A stretch of DNA of 64,000 nucleotides, taken from NCBI RefSeq assembly GCF_036321535.1, contig NC_087437.1:106828001-106892000 (forward strand). The letters are read 5' to 3'. Position numbers and translations under genes: made by a program. This stretch comes from Camelus dromedarius (Eukaryota). Positions within the stretch are counted from its first letter, which is position 1, and the number at the start of each line of letters is the position of its first letter. Positions 38,931 through 52,990 of this stretch are shown one piece after another. A model generated the notes under the pieces. That model saw only the letters and a program-made list of their open reading frames with translations. It was not told the DNA's origin and made no database searches.

Positions 38931-41309
38931 CAGATATTATTATATTTTTAAAATTACCATGGTGGTGCTAATATAGAGCTAGACTTAGGAGTAACAAAGA
39001 GATCTAAAGTTGCTTAGAAGTTTTCTGTCTCAGTTGAAGTTGGTTCAAGAGATGAAGAATGGTGCTCAGGAAAAAGAAACATCAAGTGGACTCAGACATA
39101 TGGAACTGGCAAAAAAAAAAGTGATTTTAGCAGCAATTTCTCAACAAAAAAAGAGTGATTTAAGTCAAAACATTTCTGATTACAGAAATTACATGGAATA
39201 TATATTATTATGAATATTACTGTTATTTTCTTTTCAGTCCTCATTCTATTTCATATTCTCAGTCTACTAAATGCATTTAAAATATGAGAAGAGATCATGG
39301 GTGTACACAATGAATATTTAACATAAAAAATATTTCTGATTGGTAATATACAAAACTAGTAAAACATTAACAAAATGTTACAGAAATACAGAAACTGAAA
39401 AATTGTTTGAAATTTTTTCTGCTCATAGATATTCCTTAAAAGATATATTTGACTTTATGAACAAAATAGGCAGATCAGTGCTTCCAAAGTGGGGAGAAAA
39501 TTTAGTCCAGCAGCCTAGAAATTACCAGTTGACTCAGACCCATTATGCATCCAATGCTCTGTTCTATTACTGACTTACCCACATTCAGCAAGAAAGATCA
39601 ATTTCCTACCAGATGTGAGTGAATCTTAATGGAAAGGTGTACCTTAATTCCCTTTAGTCATTTATAACTGTCCCTCAAATTTCTCCTAACCATTTTTGGA
39701 CCATTAAGGTCCAGTGGAATGACAAACTTGAAAATATCTGTTGTTAAGGAAAGGAATTTATTGGACACTAACATATTAATTACTTAGTTTTGATTATGTT
39801 GAAAGGTTACTTAAGAGTACTCAATTTAATTACATTAACTAAGCTGCACTGAGACCAAAGCTTTTTATTTTTCTTCTTTACTTGAAATCAAAGTCAACAG
39901 CTTTAATAATTTTGACTGGTCCTCAAAATATTCTCACATTTGCTCAGATTTATTTTACAAATGAGCCCTTTCCCACCAATGTACCCTCATCAGGAAGTCA
40001 AAAAAAAAAAAAAATTCCAGGGATCAACACCAATAACTTATTTTATGTAAACAGTTTGGGATTATACCAATCAATCCACCAGTTCATGATTTCAAAGATT
40101 ATTTCATCAATCTTGTATCACTCAAGTCAAACAACATAAAATAGACCTTTTAACAAGAATTGGACTTGATTCTATAAAAAAGACAAGGTCATTTTTTAAA
40201 GCAAATCAGCCAGCAAGAGGGCTATGAGAAGCATGCTGACAAAGAAAAATGAACCTTTTGGCTCTGTTTCATAAATCTTGACCTTTATTTTTTCTTTCTG
40301 CTACTAGTTTGCTTCTCATATTATTTCCTGAGGGAAATTCTAGCATCACCTGGGGCTAAGAAATAATCTGATCTACTACTTTAAGTTCAAGTTACTAGAT
40401 TGCTATGGATTCAGTGAAGTAGGGCTCAAAGACACACGACCAGCCTGAAAGAGTGTCATACATACTGCCTCCGACAACCATACTGTGATCATGTGAAACT
40501 AACTGCTTTTGGAGGAATCAATCAATTTAAGACCAAGGACCTTAAATGTTATGTTTCAAAATGCCTAAGAAACACATTCTTTTCCACACTGAAAGACAAG
40601 CAAAACATGGGACTTTCAGGACACCCATGTGTAAATATTGATTTTACGCCCTCTACTGAATTAAAGTGTCTGAATTGGGTCTCAATATATTTTCATTTGG
40701 TTTTAAACTCCAAGCAGCTAAATTTGACATCAGCTTTAAAGGATTTCCATCTTTCACATTTGATAGATTCTTGAAAAAAGAGTGAGGAACATCTCTCTTC
40801 ATATATTCATCAGCTATGGATGAAGTACCTAGGCAGGTGTTTGTCTGGGAGCCATGGCCACCACACTCATCCAGAAAGCATCTGCTTTGACCTCTACCAA
40901 GGGAGAAAGACACTTAGATGACAAGATATTTAGGGATATTAAGGAAATGGCAAATAAAATGATATTTAGAAGGTGAATTAGTCGAGAAAGAAAAGAAAGA
41001 AGAGTCAGGAAGAGGAAACAGTCTGTGGGAATTTGGGAGAGAGTAGGGCATAGTTTAAGACAAAAAAAAAATCAGTAGAGCATGTACTTTATACAGCTTT
41101 GATGGTAGGAAGGGGTTTGACTAATGGTTGCAGATGGGTTTGGAGAGCTAAACACTGATGAGGTCCTGAAGGGCCTTGAAAACCATGGTAAAAGCAGGGA
41201 GGTTGGTGGCAGGAAGACAGGTGTCTTTCAGAAGGATGTCAGTAGAATGACAAAGAGATTGCCTGAGACAAGGGATACCAGATGGGAGGCGGGAAGAGGC
41301 ATTGGCAAG

Positions 41310-41759
41310 TATAGTGGGTTGAGTGGTGGTCCTCCGAAAGATATGTCCATGTTCTAATTCCCAGAACTTGTGAACATTACCTTATTTGGAAAAGGTCTTT
41401 GAAGATATAATTAATTAAAGGATCTTGAGATCAAGAGATCATCCTGGATTATCTGGGTGGACTCAAACTCCAGTAACAAGTATACTTATAAGGGACACAC
41501 TGGGGAGATCAGACAGACAGAAGAGAAGATGACAATGTGACCACAGAGGCAGAAGTTTGAGCACAAGCCAAGGAATGTCTACAAACACTAGACACTGCAC
41601 AAGGGGAGAAACAATTCTCCTCTGGAGCCATCAGAGGGAACACAGCCCTGCTAACACCTGATTTTGGATTCCCAGCCCCTGAACTATGGGAACAAATTTC
41701 TGTTGTTTTAAGCTACAGTTTTTGGTAATGTGTTACCGCAGTCACAGGAAACAAATACA
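41310..41759 (+). mobile_element. MaLR LTR (MLT1C/D-like)
   Basis: ttaccttatttggaaaaggtctttg...gagatcatcctggattatctgggtgg...cacaggaaacaaataca; TSD gcaag/gcaaa. Confidence 0.8.
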
Positions 41760-42161
41760 GCAAAGCAACAGAAAGACACTGGAGGAGGGAGAGAACACAG
41801 TGCATTTGGGAAGCTGAAAAAGTCTGGTAGAGTAGGATCTAAGGGCATTCATGACTGAGACCGGAAATGGGGTTGGGCAGAGAGGCAGGAGGTTATATTA
41901 GTGAAAAGCTGCTGGGTCTGAGCTCACATGGAATAACAAAGTAGCAGTGAATGGATCAGAGGGGCTGAAGGAGAAAAATTATGGTCTTGAGCAATTTGAT
42001 GGAAAATTGGAAAGGGAGGGAAAAAATTAATAAAATGCAATATTTTCTGGCCAGAGGAGGGGGTATGGCAGTGCAGGGAAGGAGGGTAATAAGGCTGGGT
42101 CTGGGAATTTATACCCCACATACCAGAGAATTTATACCCCAAACAGCAAAATACACGACAG

Positions 42162-42514
42162 TGCCTTAGTCAGCTCGGTGTGCTACAAGAAATACAATAG
42201 ACTGGGTGACTTAAACAACAGATATTTATTTTCTCTCAATTCTGAAGGCTGGGGTGTCCAAAATCAAGGTGACCTCTTCCTGTCTTATAGACGACTGCCT
42301 TCTCACTGTATCCTCACATGGCAGAGAGAGGAAGCTCCAGTGTCTCTTCCTCTTCTTAGAAGGGCACTAATCCTACTATGGGGTCTCCACCCTCATGACC
42401 TCAACCAAACCTAATTGCCTCCCCAAAGACCCACTTCCAAATACCATTACATTGGAGATTGAGTCTTACATATGAATTTGGGGGGCAGGGAACACAAACA
42501 TTCAGTCCAGAACA
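42162..42514 (-). mobile_element. MaLR LTR (MLT1A-like)
   Basis: ttagtcagctcgg...aatagactgggtgacttaaacaacaga...acacaaacattcagtcc. Confidence 0.8.
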
Positions 42515-42576
42515 GGCAAGGAATCTATCTATGGACCAGATGTGGGCTATGTGGGATGAAAAAAAATTCTCCAAAA

Positions 42577-42606
42577 CAAAACAACAACAACAACAACAAC
42601 AACAAA
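42577..42606. repeat. (CAA)n microsatellite
   Basis: Direct reading; source of the poly-Q in the spurious ORF 42459..42791. Confidence 0.85.
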
Positions 42607-45600
42607 ATCAGCTGGGAGCTGTCCTAGGTGCTGAGAGAGCCACCTGGGGGCAACGGGACTGCAGCAGGGGACTGCTGAGTCTGTGCGTGGAGTGGATGAT
42701 GGAAGCCCAGGAGGTAGCACGGGGGAAGGGACAGTGGCCACCCAAAATAGATGCCAGCAAGCCAATCGGGCCAGCAGGGGAGAAGCTCTGAGTCCTAGGG
42801 GCAGCTGTCAGAGGGACCCAGCAGAAGACAGGAATCCAGTTAAGTATCAGGAGTTGAGTCAGAAATTTCCTTTTCTCTCTCCCCTTTGAGGCTCTCACAC
42901 TGGTGGGGTGCACTGGGAGGGGGGTACTGCTGGGTGGGAAACGGGTGGGAAAAGAGAGCACTTGGCCACATCCCTCTCCCTGAAGACAGGTGACCCCACC
43001 AACTACTGTTCTCAGCTACAAGATGGGGAGAAGTCTGACATAAAGTCTGAAATGTTTACTGATATCTCAGATTAGACATTTGAAGTTTCCAAATGAGAGT
43101 GTTTTGAGGCTTAGAAGATTTAAGGACTAAAGGTGAGCAGAAAAGCCATAGATGTACCAAATTTTCAGCCATCCAAGGGGAAAAGCTTCCCATAAAATTG
43201 TAGTGGGATTGAGTTATGTTTTGCTTATCTATGGAGCATCATGCTTGTTCAATGTACTGCTTGAATGTCTATTCCTAGAAGATGATGGATGTTTCTTCTA
43301 AGAAATCCTAGTAATCAAATTTTCCCTTAGAACCAAATCACTAAGGTGGCAACGCCCTGTTCTGAACAGATGTTACTCCAATTTCCTAGTGCTAAGGTTA
43401 GGATGCACAAATCATGGTGTGACTTTTTAAAAAAAATTTTTTATCACTTCTTATTAATTCTCAGAGAAAGCTTTACACAGGAGTTTCTGAAGCATCCCAT
43501 CCAGTTCCATCTTTCCCTCGTCAAGAGAGAGGTCTGTAACAAGATAAAATACGAACGAGCCAGGATGGAGAGCTGAGACTGAAAAAGCGTTTCCACTCTG
43601 TTCACACGATCTCTCTCTTTCCCTTTGCTTCACCACTTACTTAGTCCTTTATCCTCATTTTCTTCATCTGGACAGTGGAGATAAAGGGTCCCAATTTCAT
43701 TTTGTCATCGCAATAGGAAGAGTCCTACAGCTAGACTGAATGAAAATCTGACCAGTAATGACCACTTATGTTCCTCTCTGAAGTGTTGTAAGAATTAATG
43801 ATGGTGAGGAAAATATATTGAAGATGAAGAGCTCACCCTGAGAGAATGCTGATGAATATTATTAAAAGTGTCAACGGATAAGTATATTTTAATGAAAGTG
43901 GAAAAAAAGATACTGCAGATGATCTTGGCTTGCTTGCCAGAGTATCTCAGTGCCTTAGGGCAGAAAGGATTATGCATAATATTTGAGTAGAAAAATAAAA
44001 GCAATAACAAAACCTGACAATCCAAGACCATAAACCCATTAATAGTGAAATAGTCTTTGCATCCTAAAAAATCCAACTAAGTTTTTAAAATACAGCACTG
44101 ATTTATACATCCAGGATGTAATGAAATCAAACAATATGTCTTGGAAATTTAGAATAGTCTATGTAGGGAAGCAAAGGACTAAAGACAGAAATGTTCAGAA
44201 ATAAAACTAAAGCGAAGAGAACAAAGATACTTCCCTCTCCAATTCAAAATGCAGCATGGGCAGAATTCATTCACTATGTATAAATTTGAGAACCACTTTT
44301 ATTTTGATCTTGCAAAAAGAGATGAAACAGAGATATGAATGTGGCTTGCTTTGGAGGCTATTCAGGGAACAGATGAAAATGCAGGGCAAGTTTGACAAGA
44401 AGAGTAAGTTACACTTGTAAAAGCAAGAAGGGAAGAACAAGTTATTTATGAATTTAAACTTTTTTTTTCAAGAAAGTTAAATTCACTGTTTCCTTCCTGT
44501 ACACGAATTATTTTAGGCTGTAAACCCTCCAGCAGACAGAGAACGGTCATGTTATTTTGGCCCTTTCAATTTCTGTTGGCCTTTGTATCTACAAGGTCAA
44601 GATATTACAGTGTCTCTCTTTTCTTTTTAGAGGGCTCTGATTCCTTGTATACAGAAAAAAGGTGTCATATTTATAATGTTTAACTCCAAATCCATTTTCT
44701 ATTTCACATTGTTTATCTCTGTGCTGTGATACACACCAGTGAACTGCCGCTACTGTTACAGCTAAGACATTGTGTTTACATTCTTCTTATCCATCTGTGA
44801 AACGGGGGTGCTCTGTTCCTGTAGATGAGTATTTTTGATGATGATTCTTTTTATTCCTTATTCATATGTGCTCATTTATTTTTTCCTAAATGTTTATATT
44901 CTTCCCTATAGATATGGTCTGAGTGTATTCACTGTTTAGTCCAAAGTGTCTATTTCATACTTGATTCTGGAGGCAGATGGGAGAGGAAAATAAAAGTGGG
45001 TGGCACTTATAATGGACTTAATCTTGCTTTTTCTTTTTTTCACAAGGTTCAATTTTAGAGCTGCATTGCAGTCCACAAAAATAATCAGTCTCTATGGCAT
45101 TAATTCTAATTTCAGTAGGGTAATTTCACCACCATTGAAAGCATTTGGAGATACTGTTATGAAGGAGAAAATATTCAGGGACTTCATTTATTTAGGATAT
45201 TAGTGAGATAATTTAGAGTCTGCTCTTGAGTGGTGGGACCTACTTTCAAGTATTTAAATCTGGCTTTCCTTAACCACTTATTTCATTCTTTAAAAAAGAA
45301 GAGAGTAATTTGAGGCATATGATCCAGTATTGAACCAAAATTATATTGTAAGAGCATGTTAATGAACTTTACATTTTATTGATAAAAATTCAAATGTTTT
45401 TAAACAAGTCCTGAATAAGTAACTAAAAAAGCCTATATTCTAATTTAAGAAATTAATTATGGGTTAAAATTTTTCCCTTTAACTCCTCTCTACAAGACAC
45501 TAGAATGCTCTGATATATCTCAAATATATATATATATATCTCAAATATGTCTCCACTTTTTATGAATTCTTCCTTTTCCCCAACTCACTGTCTCATCTTA

Positions 45601-46124
45601 TTTCTGTTCACTTTTGTGTCCTCTGCAGTATCTGCCTGGAATCCTGTTGCCTGGAGACCACTCTTGAAAAACATTCACTACACTGGCCTCTTGGAGATTT
45701 AAGACTTCTAATGGGGAGCTTGCTCCTGATCAAATAACATTTTTTTAAAAATCACAATAAAATATTTGTGTGGATATTATCCATTCAGGTAGTCATAACA
45801 ACTAAAGTATAGTGTGCAAAGGAGAGAAAAAAAAAGTCAGAAAATTCTAAATTTTACAAATCCATACAAAAGGAAGGTAGGACATAAAAAATAAAATCTG
45901 TATTTTTTTTAAAGAGAAAATTTCAGCCCTCTTCCCTCCACATTGCTTATTTATTTTAATTTTCAAAACTATTCTAAAAGGTTCAAATATCTGTATTTTT
46001 AGCTCTATTATTTGTCTATTAACATGCTCTTCAGCTTAAGGGACTTTTGAACAGCAAGTTCAATGAAATGGCATAAGGGCAACTGTGAGAAAAGTCAACA
46101 ATAAAGGAACAATAAATGCGGCTA

Positions 46125-47245
46125 TAAAAATTCTGTATCACAAAAAAAAAACAACCCAACAAAATGAAAAATCTGCCTATGGAGTCAGAGAAAATATTTG
46201 CAAATTATATAGCTGATAATGGGTTAATATCCAAAATATATAAAGAACTTATACAACTCAATAGCAATGTGTATATATATCTTAAATTAAAAAGTGGGCA
46301 AAGGACCTGAATAGACATTTTTCCAAAGAAGATATTCAAGTTGCCAACAGGTACATAAAAAGATGCTCAGCATCACTTACCATTAGGGAAATGTAAGTCA
46401 GAACCACAGTGAGATATCCCTTCACGCCTGTTAGAATGGCTATCATCAAAATGACAAGAGACAACAAACGCTGTTGAGAATGTGGAGAAAGGGGAACACT
46501 TGTGCACTGCTGGTGGGATTGCACCTTGGTGCAGCCACTGTGGAAAACACTATGGAGGCTTCTCAAAAAATTAAAAAAAAACTACCATAGGAACCAGCAA
46601 TTCCACTTCTAGAAATTTATCTGAAGGAAATTAAATCACTATTTTGAAAAGACATTTGCACCCCTGCGTTCACTGTAGCACAATTTACAACAAACAAGAC
46701 AGGGAAACGACCTAGGTATCCGTCAACACATCGACAGAAAAATGGGAAAGAAGATGGGCTGTATAATGGAATCATATTCAGTCATAAAAAAGATGGCAAT
46801 TTTGTCATTTGCAACAACATGGATAGACCCTGAGGGCATTAGGCTAAGTGAAATAAGTCAGAGAAAGACAAATACCCTATAATCTCACTTGTATGTGGAA
46901 TCTAAAAAAAACCAAACTCATGGAAAAAAAAGATCAGATTTGTGGTTGCTAGAGGCAGGGGATGGGGTGGGGAATATAGGTGAAGGTGGTCAAAAGGTAT
47001 AAATTTGCATTTGTAAGATAAATAAGTACAGAGAATATAATGTACATATGATGCTGTAGTTAAAAATGCTGTATCGTATACTTGAAAGTTGCTAAGAGAG
47101 TAAGTTCTAAAAGTTCTCATCTCAAGGGAAGAAATTTGTAACTATATGAGGTGATGTATGTTAACTAAATTTATTGTGGCAATCATTTTGCAATATACAT
47201 GTATGTCATGTCATTATGCTGTGCACCTTAAACTTTAAAAAAATC
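46125..47245 (+). mobile_element. L1 (L1MA-like) ORF2 end and 3'UTR
   Basis: gagaaaatatttgcaaatt...ggtgcagccactgtggaaaac...gcaacaacatggatagacc...gctgtgcaccttaaact. Confidence 0.85.
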
Positions 47246-48246
47246 AGGATGCCTTCTAAAGAATGATAGTAATTTTGGAATATAATAAAATAATACAGAT
47301 AAATAGTAAAACAAACAAACAAACAAACAAAAAAACCAAACTTCATATCAACTTGGGACATTCTGAGTAGGGTCTAAGAGCCTAGCACACCTTAATGATA
47401 TCCAAGGATCAAGAACAGATTAATACATGGTACAAGGCATTCTCTGTTTAAGAAGGAAGTATTCAAGCTATATTCTTTCATTTCAAAAGATAGTTAAAAT
47501 ATATTTTTTTATAGTTCATGCTTAAAAAAATTCTGTAAACTGGAAATTTATGTGAATTAAAATGCACAACTTGGAGATGAAATTGGAAAGAAAAAAATGG
47601 GCACTGTTGGTTAAACTTTTATGATCATGATGCTATTAATTAAATTTTGTTTTCCAGATGGTGCCTCACGGTCACCAAAGTAGGGTAACTTATTTAGAAT
47701 TGATATTTTCTCCAAAGTTTTTTTTATCCCCAAGCATGTAAAAAGCAATAAAAGCCTGAGATGGAAATAAAGATGTGCTTCTGCATGAGAATTTGGAGGC
47801 TGCTGGGACATGGTACAGCCCAGAGAGCTTAAGATTGTGATTCAATAACAGATCATTGTAAATTTCTGCCACATTGCACAATGTGATCATACGCTGGCTG
47901 CTAAACCTCATGGAACTTCAAATTTTTTGGTAAGAAAAATGCAAATATGTATTGTATCTAACTCGTAAGGTTGTTGAGAAAAAAATGAATATGTATGTAA
48001 ACAGAGTGTCTACAACATTATAAATGATTAATAAACATGAGCTATTATTATTGTCATTCTTATTAATTGGACTAAAGCCAATATGATCACAAAGTTCTGA
48101 GACAGTTGCAGGGCAGTCACAGAGCCACACAGCCAATCATGAACTGCTGCTTAAGACAGTGAAAGAATCTTATTGTTTACACAGCACCACATGGAGAGCA
48201 CATTCGGAAGAAACTAGGTTCATACTTTAAAAGCAAACAAAAAAGA

Positions 48247-48586
48247 TTTTTTTTTAATGGTCAGTTTACAATGTTGTGTCAATTTCTGGTGTACAGCATA
48301 ATGTTTCAGTCATACATGTACATGCATATATTCCTTTTCATATTCTTTTTCATTATAGGTTATTACAAGATATTGAATATAGTTTCCTGTGCTATATACA
48401 GTAGAAACTGGTTGTTTATCTGGTTTTGTGAGGTTTACCATGTTGTTCCAATTGTAAGAGATATTCTGCCAAAGTTTGGTTGGTATTCTGGGAGAATTGT
48501 TCCATGGGCAGACATAGTTTTGATGTATTCTTGGGAATGGGTGAGCTCTGCATCCTTCTACTCTGCCATCTTGAAGCCCCACCACC
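48247..48586 (-). mobile_element. Short bipartite L1-derived retroelement, copy 2
   Basis: Reverse complement is colinear with 4044-4370 end to end: ggggcttcaagatggcag...tcacaaaacca|gataaacaac...gctgtacaccagaaattgacacaacattgtaaac...A-tail. Confidence 0.85.
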
Positions 48587-49361
48587 CAAAAGAGGTCTTT
48601 AAGGTTTTCATTAAACATTAGATATGAGAGAAGAAATGGCGGTAGGGTTGCATTAAGGGACTATTTATTCTCGGGAGAAGTATAAAATCAAGGTCCTGGC
48701 CAGTTCTACACCATCTCAGCTTTGTTCATTCTTTATTGAGGTAAAATTTACATAGGTAAGGTGCATAAATACTAAATGTGCTGCTGGATGAATTTTATGA
48801 TTTTTATGCATACACCATGTAACCACTACCCCACCAACATACAGAACTCACCCGTCATCTCAGTAAGTCCCCATGTGCCCATTCACAGTCAGTACAGCCG
48901 CCCACCTCCCAAAGATAATCATTCCTTTGTGGATGACATGACGCTTTAGATCTCCTTCCTAACCTAAACAAAGGAGCCTTCAGAAATTCAGTCTTCATTC
49001 TCTTCCCTAGCTAGACTTGACTCCTAACCCATTGCCGTGGCTTTACTCATATTCTGCATCACCTTGCCTCTAACCTACAGTCATCCTATCATTAACATGC
49101 CCCTAATCTAATTAATCCATTATACTGTGTAATCTCCAAACACGAATGGCTTATGAACTACAATATCCTTCTGACATTTAAAGGGCTTTCCCTCCACTTT
49201 TATGTAAATGATGTTTCACTGCATTTTTTTGATTCTCACTGCATTTTTTTGATTCACACACCCTATAAATACTATTTTCTTAACCATCATTGCATTGTGT
49301 TTTCCAAAACATCCTGGGCCAAGAAGACAGAGAAAATGAGCTTTAAGAAGACCTGAAGGTG

Positions 49362-49513
49362 GGGGGTACGGGAGGAGGGTATAGCCTAGCAGCAGAGGCA
49401 TGCCTAGCATGCACAAGGTCCTGGTTTCAATCCTCAGAGCCTCCACCAAAAAATAAATAAATAAACAAAAATCTGATTACCTCCCTTCCCCCACCAGAAT
49501 TAACAACAACAAT
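49362..49513 (+). mobile_element. Vic-1-type SINE
   Basis: ggagggtatagc...gcatgcacaaggtcctggtttcaatcc; TSD aagaagacctgaaggtg / aaaaagatctgaaggtg. Confidence 0.88.
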
Positions 49514-50919
49514 AAAAAGATCTGAAGGTGAACCACAGTTGTAGGTACACTCTAGATTTCCTGGTTCCATTTTCAGAACTGAGTTACGATATAACAGAAG
49601 AATGAGTCCGGTGTTATTTTTGGCCTGAAGCAGCTCTCTGTGTCCTTTTATCCATGTCTACTCTGCCCTGAATCTTATACCCTAGATGCCTGGCCTAGCT
49701 GCCCGTGCTGTGGCTCCTTCCATGGTAGGGAAGATAAACAGGCCCCAGAAGTGCATGGACCTCTGTAGGCTCTCTACCCAATCTCGGTGGTTGCACACTT
49801 GCTAAAAATGACCTTGGCCCCTCATTTGAGCACTCGACCACTGAATACTCTGTAAGCAAATGAAGCTCTTAAGAAGCAGAAGATCAAGATTTATAGCAGA
49901 TCACAGAGAAACTGGAATCATTTCTAACATCATCCTTTTCGTAACAGTGATGGTGAGCTTGGAGCCTGGATTTTTCCATTTGCTGCATGAAAATACAAAG
50001 AGCGTAAGAATGCAGCTTGGAAAAAAAAATCAAACAGTAGCTATGAAAACCCTCAGCCCACAGGTGGCTGTGATTTTTCACTTGAGTATGCTCAAGGGTT
50101 CATTTTACTTTTGACTTTAAAATTCACACTCAATTTTGACACAAGACATATGACTCAGCTCTTTACAGTACCAATCCCTTAAAAACCGATGACTCAGCCA
50201 CCAGTTATAACCGCATATTATTGCAGTATTCAACCAAACATGCCTTATGCTGACTCGAAAGGGGTTTCAAGTTGATGAAGCAAAAACAGCAATGTTCCAG
50301 CTCAGAACATATGCTGTCCTGTAATAAGGGAAAAAAAGAGTCAAGTATAAATACTCAACAACACTGTATCACTGGAACGTAATTTCTTTAAAAAAAAAAT
50401 CAGACATCTTTGCTTTTGCCATTATTTGATTATTCATTTTAGAATAGCTACTCTCTTAAATAAAACTTCATTTTTACACAAATTTCAGAATTCAGATCCC
50501 CATATGCACCAAGAAACCTGGCTGATTTTTCTCAACGGGTTTTCTTTTCATAACCAAAGTATCCAGTGAACAAGAAAATGAGGTCAGCTCTAAGAAGAAT
50601 GGTAATCATTTAATAACAATGGCTACAAGCCAAAGAAGAATTACAAAGATAAATCAATCTGGAGCAATAAAATGCCAAAAAAAAAAAAAAAACAACCAAA
50701 AACCTGAGTAAGAAAGAACAAGTTCAATATTCAAATTTGTTCAACTTTCCCAACAAACTGTTGAAAAAAATTACTGCAATTTCCCCTACAAAGGATGTTA
50801 CAAAACAATGCCACTTTTTACCCACTGAGTATCATGGGATGGGTGTCAGGATACAGATGTGACACCCTCTTCATTATGTTAATGCCAGGCAACAGAGCCA
50901 GAACGGTATTTCAGAGTAT

Positions 50920-51730
50920 TAATTCATTCAACCGACTGAACACCTACTATGTATCTACTATGCTTCTGTCTTAGAGGCTTGGCATGCAAAGAGTTGTCTT
51001 GTGGGGGTGACAGAAGAAAGCTCAAGGTCACCACTGGAAAAAAGTTGCATGTGAAGGGCCCTGGAGGGGACATCAGGGAAGACTTCAGAAATGGTATAAC
51101 TTTAAAGCAGAAGCTGAAAGCAGGAGCAATTCTGCAGTTAGACAAGGTGAAGAAATATTCCAGCAGAGGGCATACGCAAGGTCACAGATGTGTGAAACAG
51201 CTAATGATGTTTGGAAAAAAACAAACAGTGTTCTGTGGCCGCAGCAAAAACTGTGATCTGGATGCGGCAAGAGATGTAGCTAAAAACGCAGGCAGAAACT
51301 CGATGGTCAGGGATTTCAGTCCAGAGAGTTTAGCTCACTATTTACAGGGAGGGTGGGGATGCCACAGTGAGATCTGTGCTTTAGGAAGATGCTCCCTTAG
51401 CAGTGTGCAGTGAAAGAATGGAGCCTGAGAGACCCATCAGGAGCTGCTCCAGCAGTTCACCTGAGAGGGAATGAGGGCTAGATTAGAAGGTGTGTTGGAA
51501 GACAAAAGGCAGAAAGGGTGGATTTGAAAGGCGTGTAGGAGAAAGAACTTTTAGAGATGGTTACCAATCTTTGGGATTTTCTGACTTGAGCTACTGTGGT
51601 AATGGGGGTTTTCTGAACTAGGAACAAGAATACAGTGGACACAATGTCTGGAGTAGGTAGACGGGGAATGATTTTATTTTTGGAGATACTGAGCCAAAGG
51701 TATGCTTTGGGCATCCAGGTAGAGATGACA
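50920..51730 (+). mobile_element. L2 remnant
   Basis: attcattcaac...tgaacacctactatgt start and downstream L2-like purine-rich sequence. Confidence 0.55.
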
Positions 51731-52612
51731 AAGTAATCAGTTTCTGCGATCAATGCATTCACTGTGTAGGATATTCCAAGTGCTGGTTTCATATGCTATG
51801 AAATTATATCCAACTATTTTTGATGATTTACAGTGCAGGTGGAGGAGAAGAAAGACTCTTGCAAGGATTTCTTTGATAGCTTTATGGCAGTGTTTCAAAT
51901 CAGGGCACTGCAACCAACTGTTGGGAACCTTAGATGGAACTCTGATTGTCATCACTGTAGTTTACACTGTAAGTTAATACCACCAGTTATTGGCTTGGTG
52001 AGAATTACTCAAGGATCAAAATGACACACGAGTGAAGCTAGGATTAAGTTGCAGCAGCAGCATCTATTGTAAGTAACTTTAGTGTAATAAGTATGCTTTT
52101 AGAAAACAATTCTTTAAAACTATAAATCAAGCCATGTCGCTCCGCTGGCCCACACTTTCCAGAGGCTTCCAATTCACTCAGTCAGAGCTAATGTCCTTAC
52201 AAGGGCCTACAATGCCCTCCGTAATGTACTTCTTTCCCTTTTTCTCTCTAATTCCATTCTTCATAACTGTCCTCCTCCTCCAGTCACTGTATTTCAGCTA
52301 CACCGGCCTCTGTTCATTTTCAAGCATCAGATACTCCCGTAGCCTGGAATGTATTTCCTGTAGATGTCTACATGGCTTTGAGTCATTGGTCAAATGTTAT
52401 CTTTTAAGTGAGTCCTTCCTTGACCACTCGACGCAAACACCTAAAGGCACCTAAACCTTAACCAATCCCTATCACCTTCTCCTGCCTTATTTTCTCCATA
52501 GCACCAAAGAGTAGTTTTTGCATTTACTTTAAGCATCTTACCTGGAGATCACGGTGTACTGGGATGTAATGGTAAAGTGCTGATAGGAGCTGTGGAAAAG
52601 ATCTAGATGAGC

Positions 52613-52990
52613 TGTGTTAGTATAGGCTGAGCTTATGCTGTTGTGACAAAGAAGCCCAAAATTTCAGTGGCCTAAATGAGAAAGTTTATTTCTTCCTCAA
52701 CTGGAGTCTGCTTAAATCAGGTGACTCACCAGGACAGCTCTCCTCCAGGCAGTGCTTCAGGCTCTGCATCTTATAGCTCCACTCCCTTCACACGTGGCCT
52801 CCATGTCTGCCACCAAAGCGGGAGGGGGAAAGTTGGAAGGACCCATAGAGGCTTCTACCAAACCCAGGCAGAAGTTCTACTTATGGTCCAATGGTCAGTG
52901 CTAGTCCACGGTCCCACTGACTATAAGCTGGGAAGTATAGTCTTCTAAGTGCCCTGGAAGGAGAGAACGCCGGGACACTGGAGGGCACGC
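52613..52990 (-). mobile_element. Old MaLR LTR (MLT1K/J-like)
   Basis: ttatgctgttgtgacaaag...cccaaaatttcagtggc...aaagtttatttc. Confidence 0.55.

Noticed and set aside
50949..51413. 154-aa ORF (longest in the track)
   Set aside because: Lies in a decayed L2 remnant; no recognisable domain.
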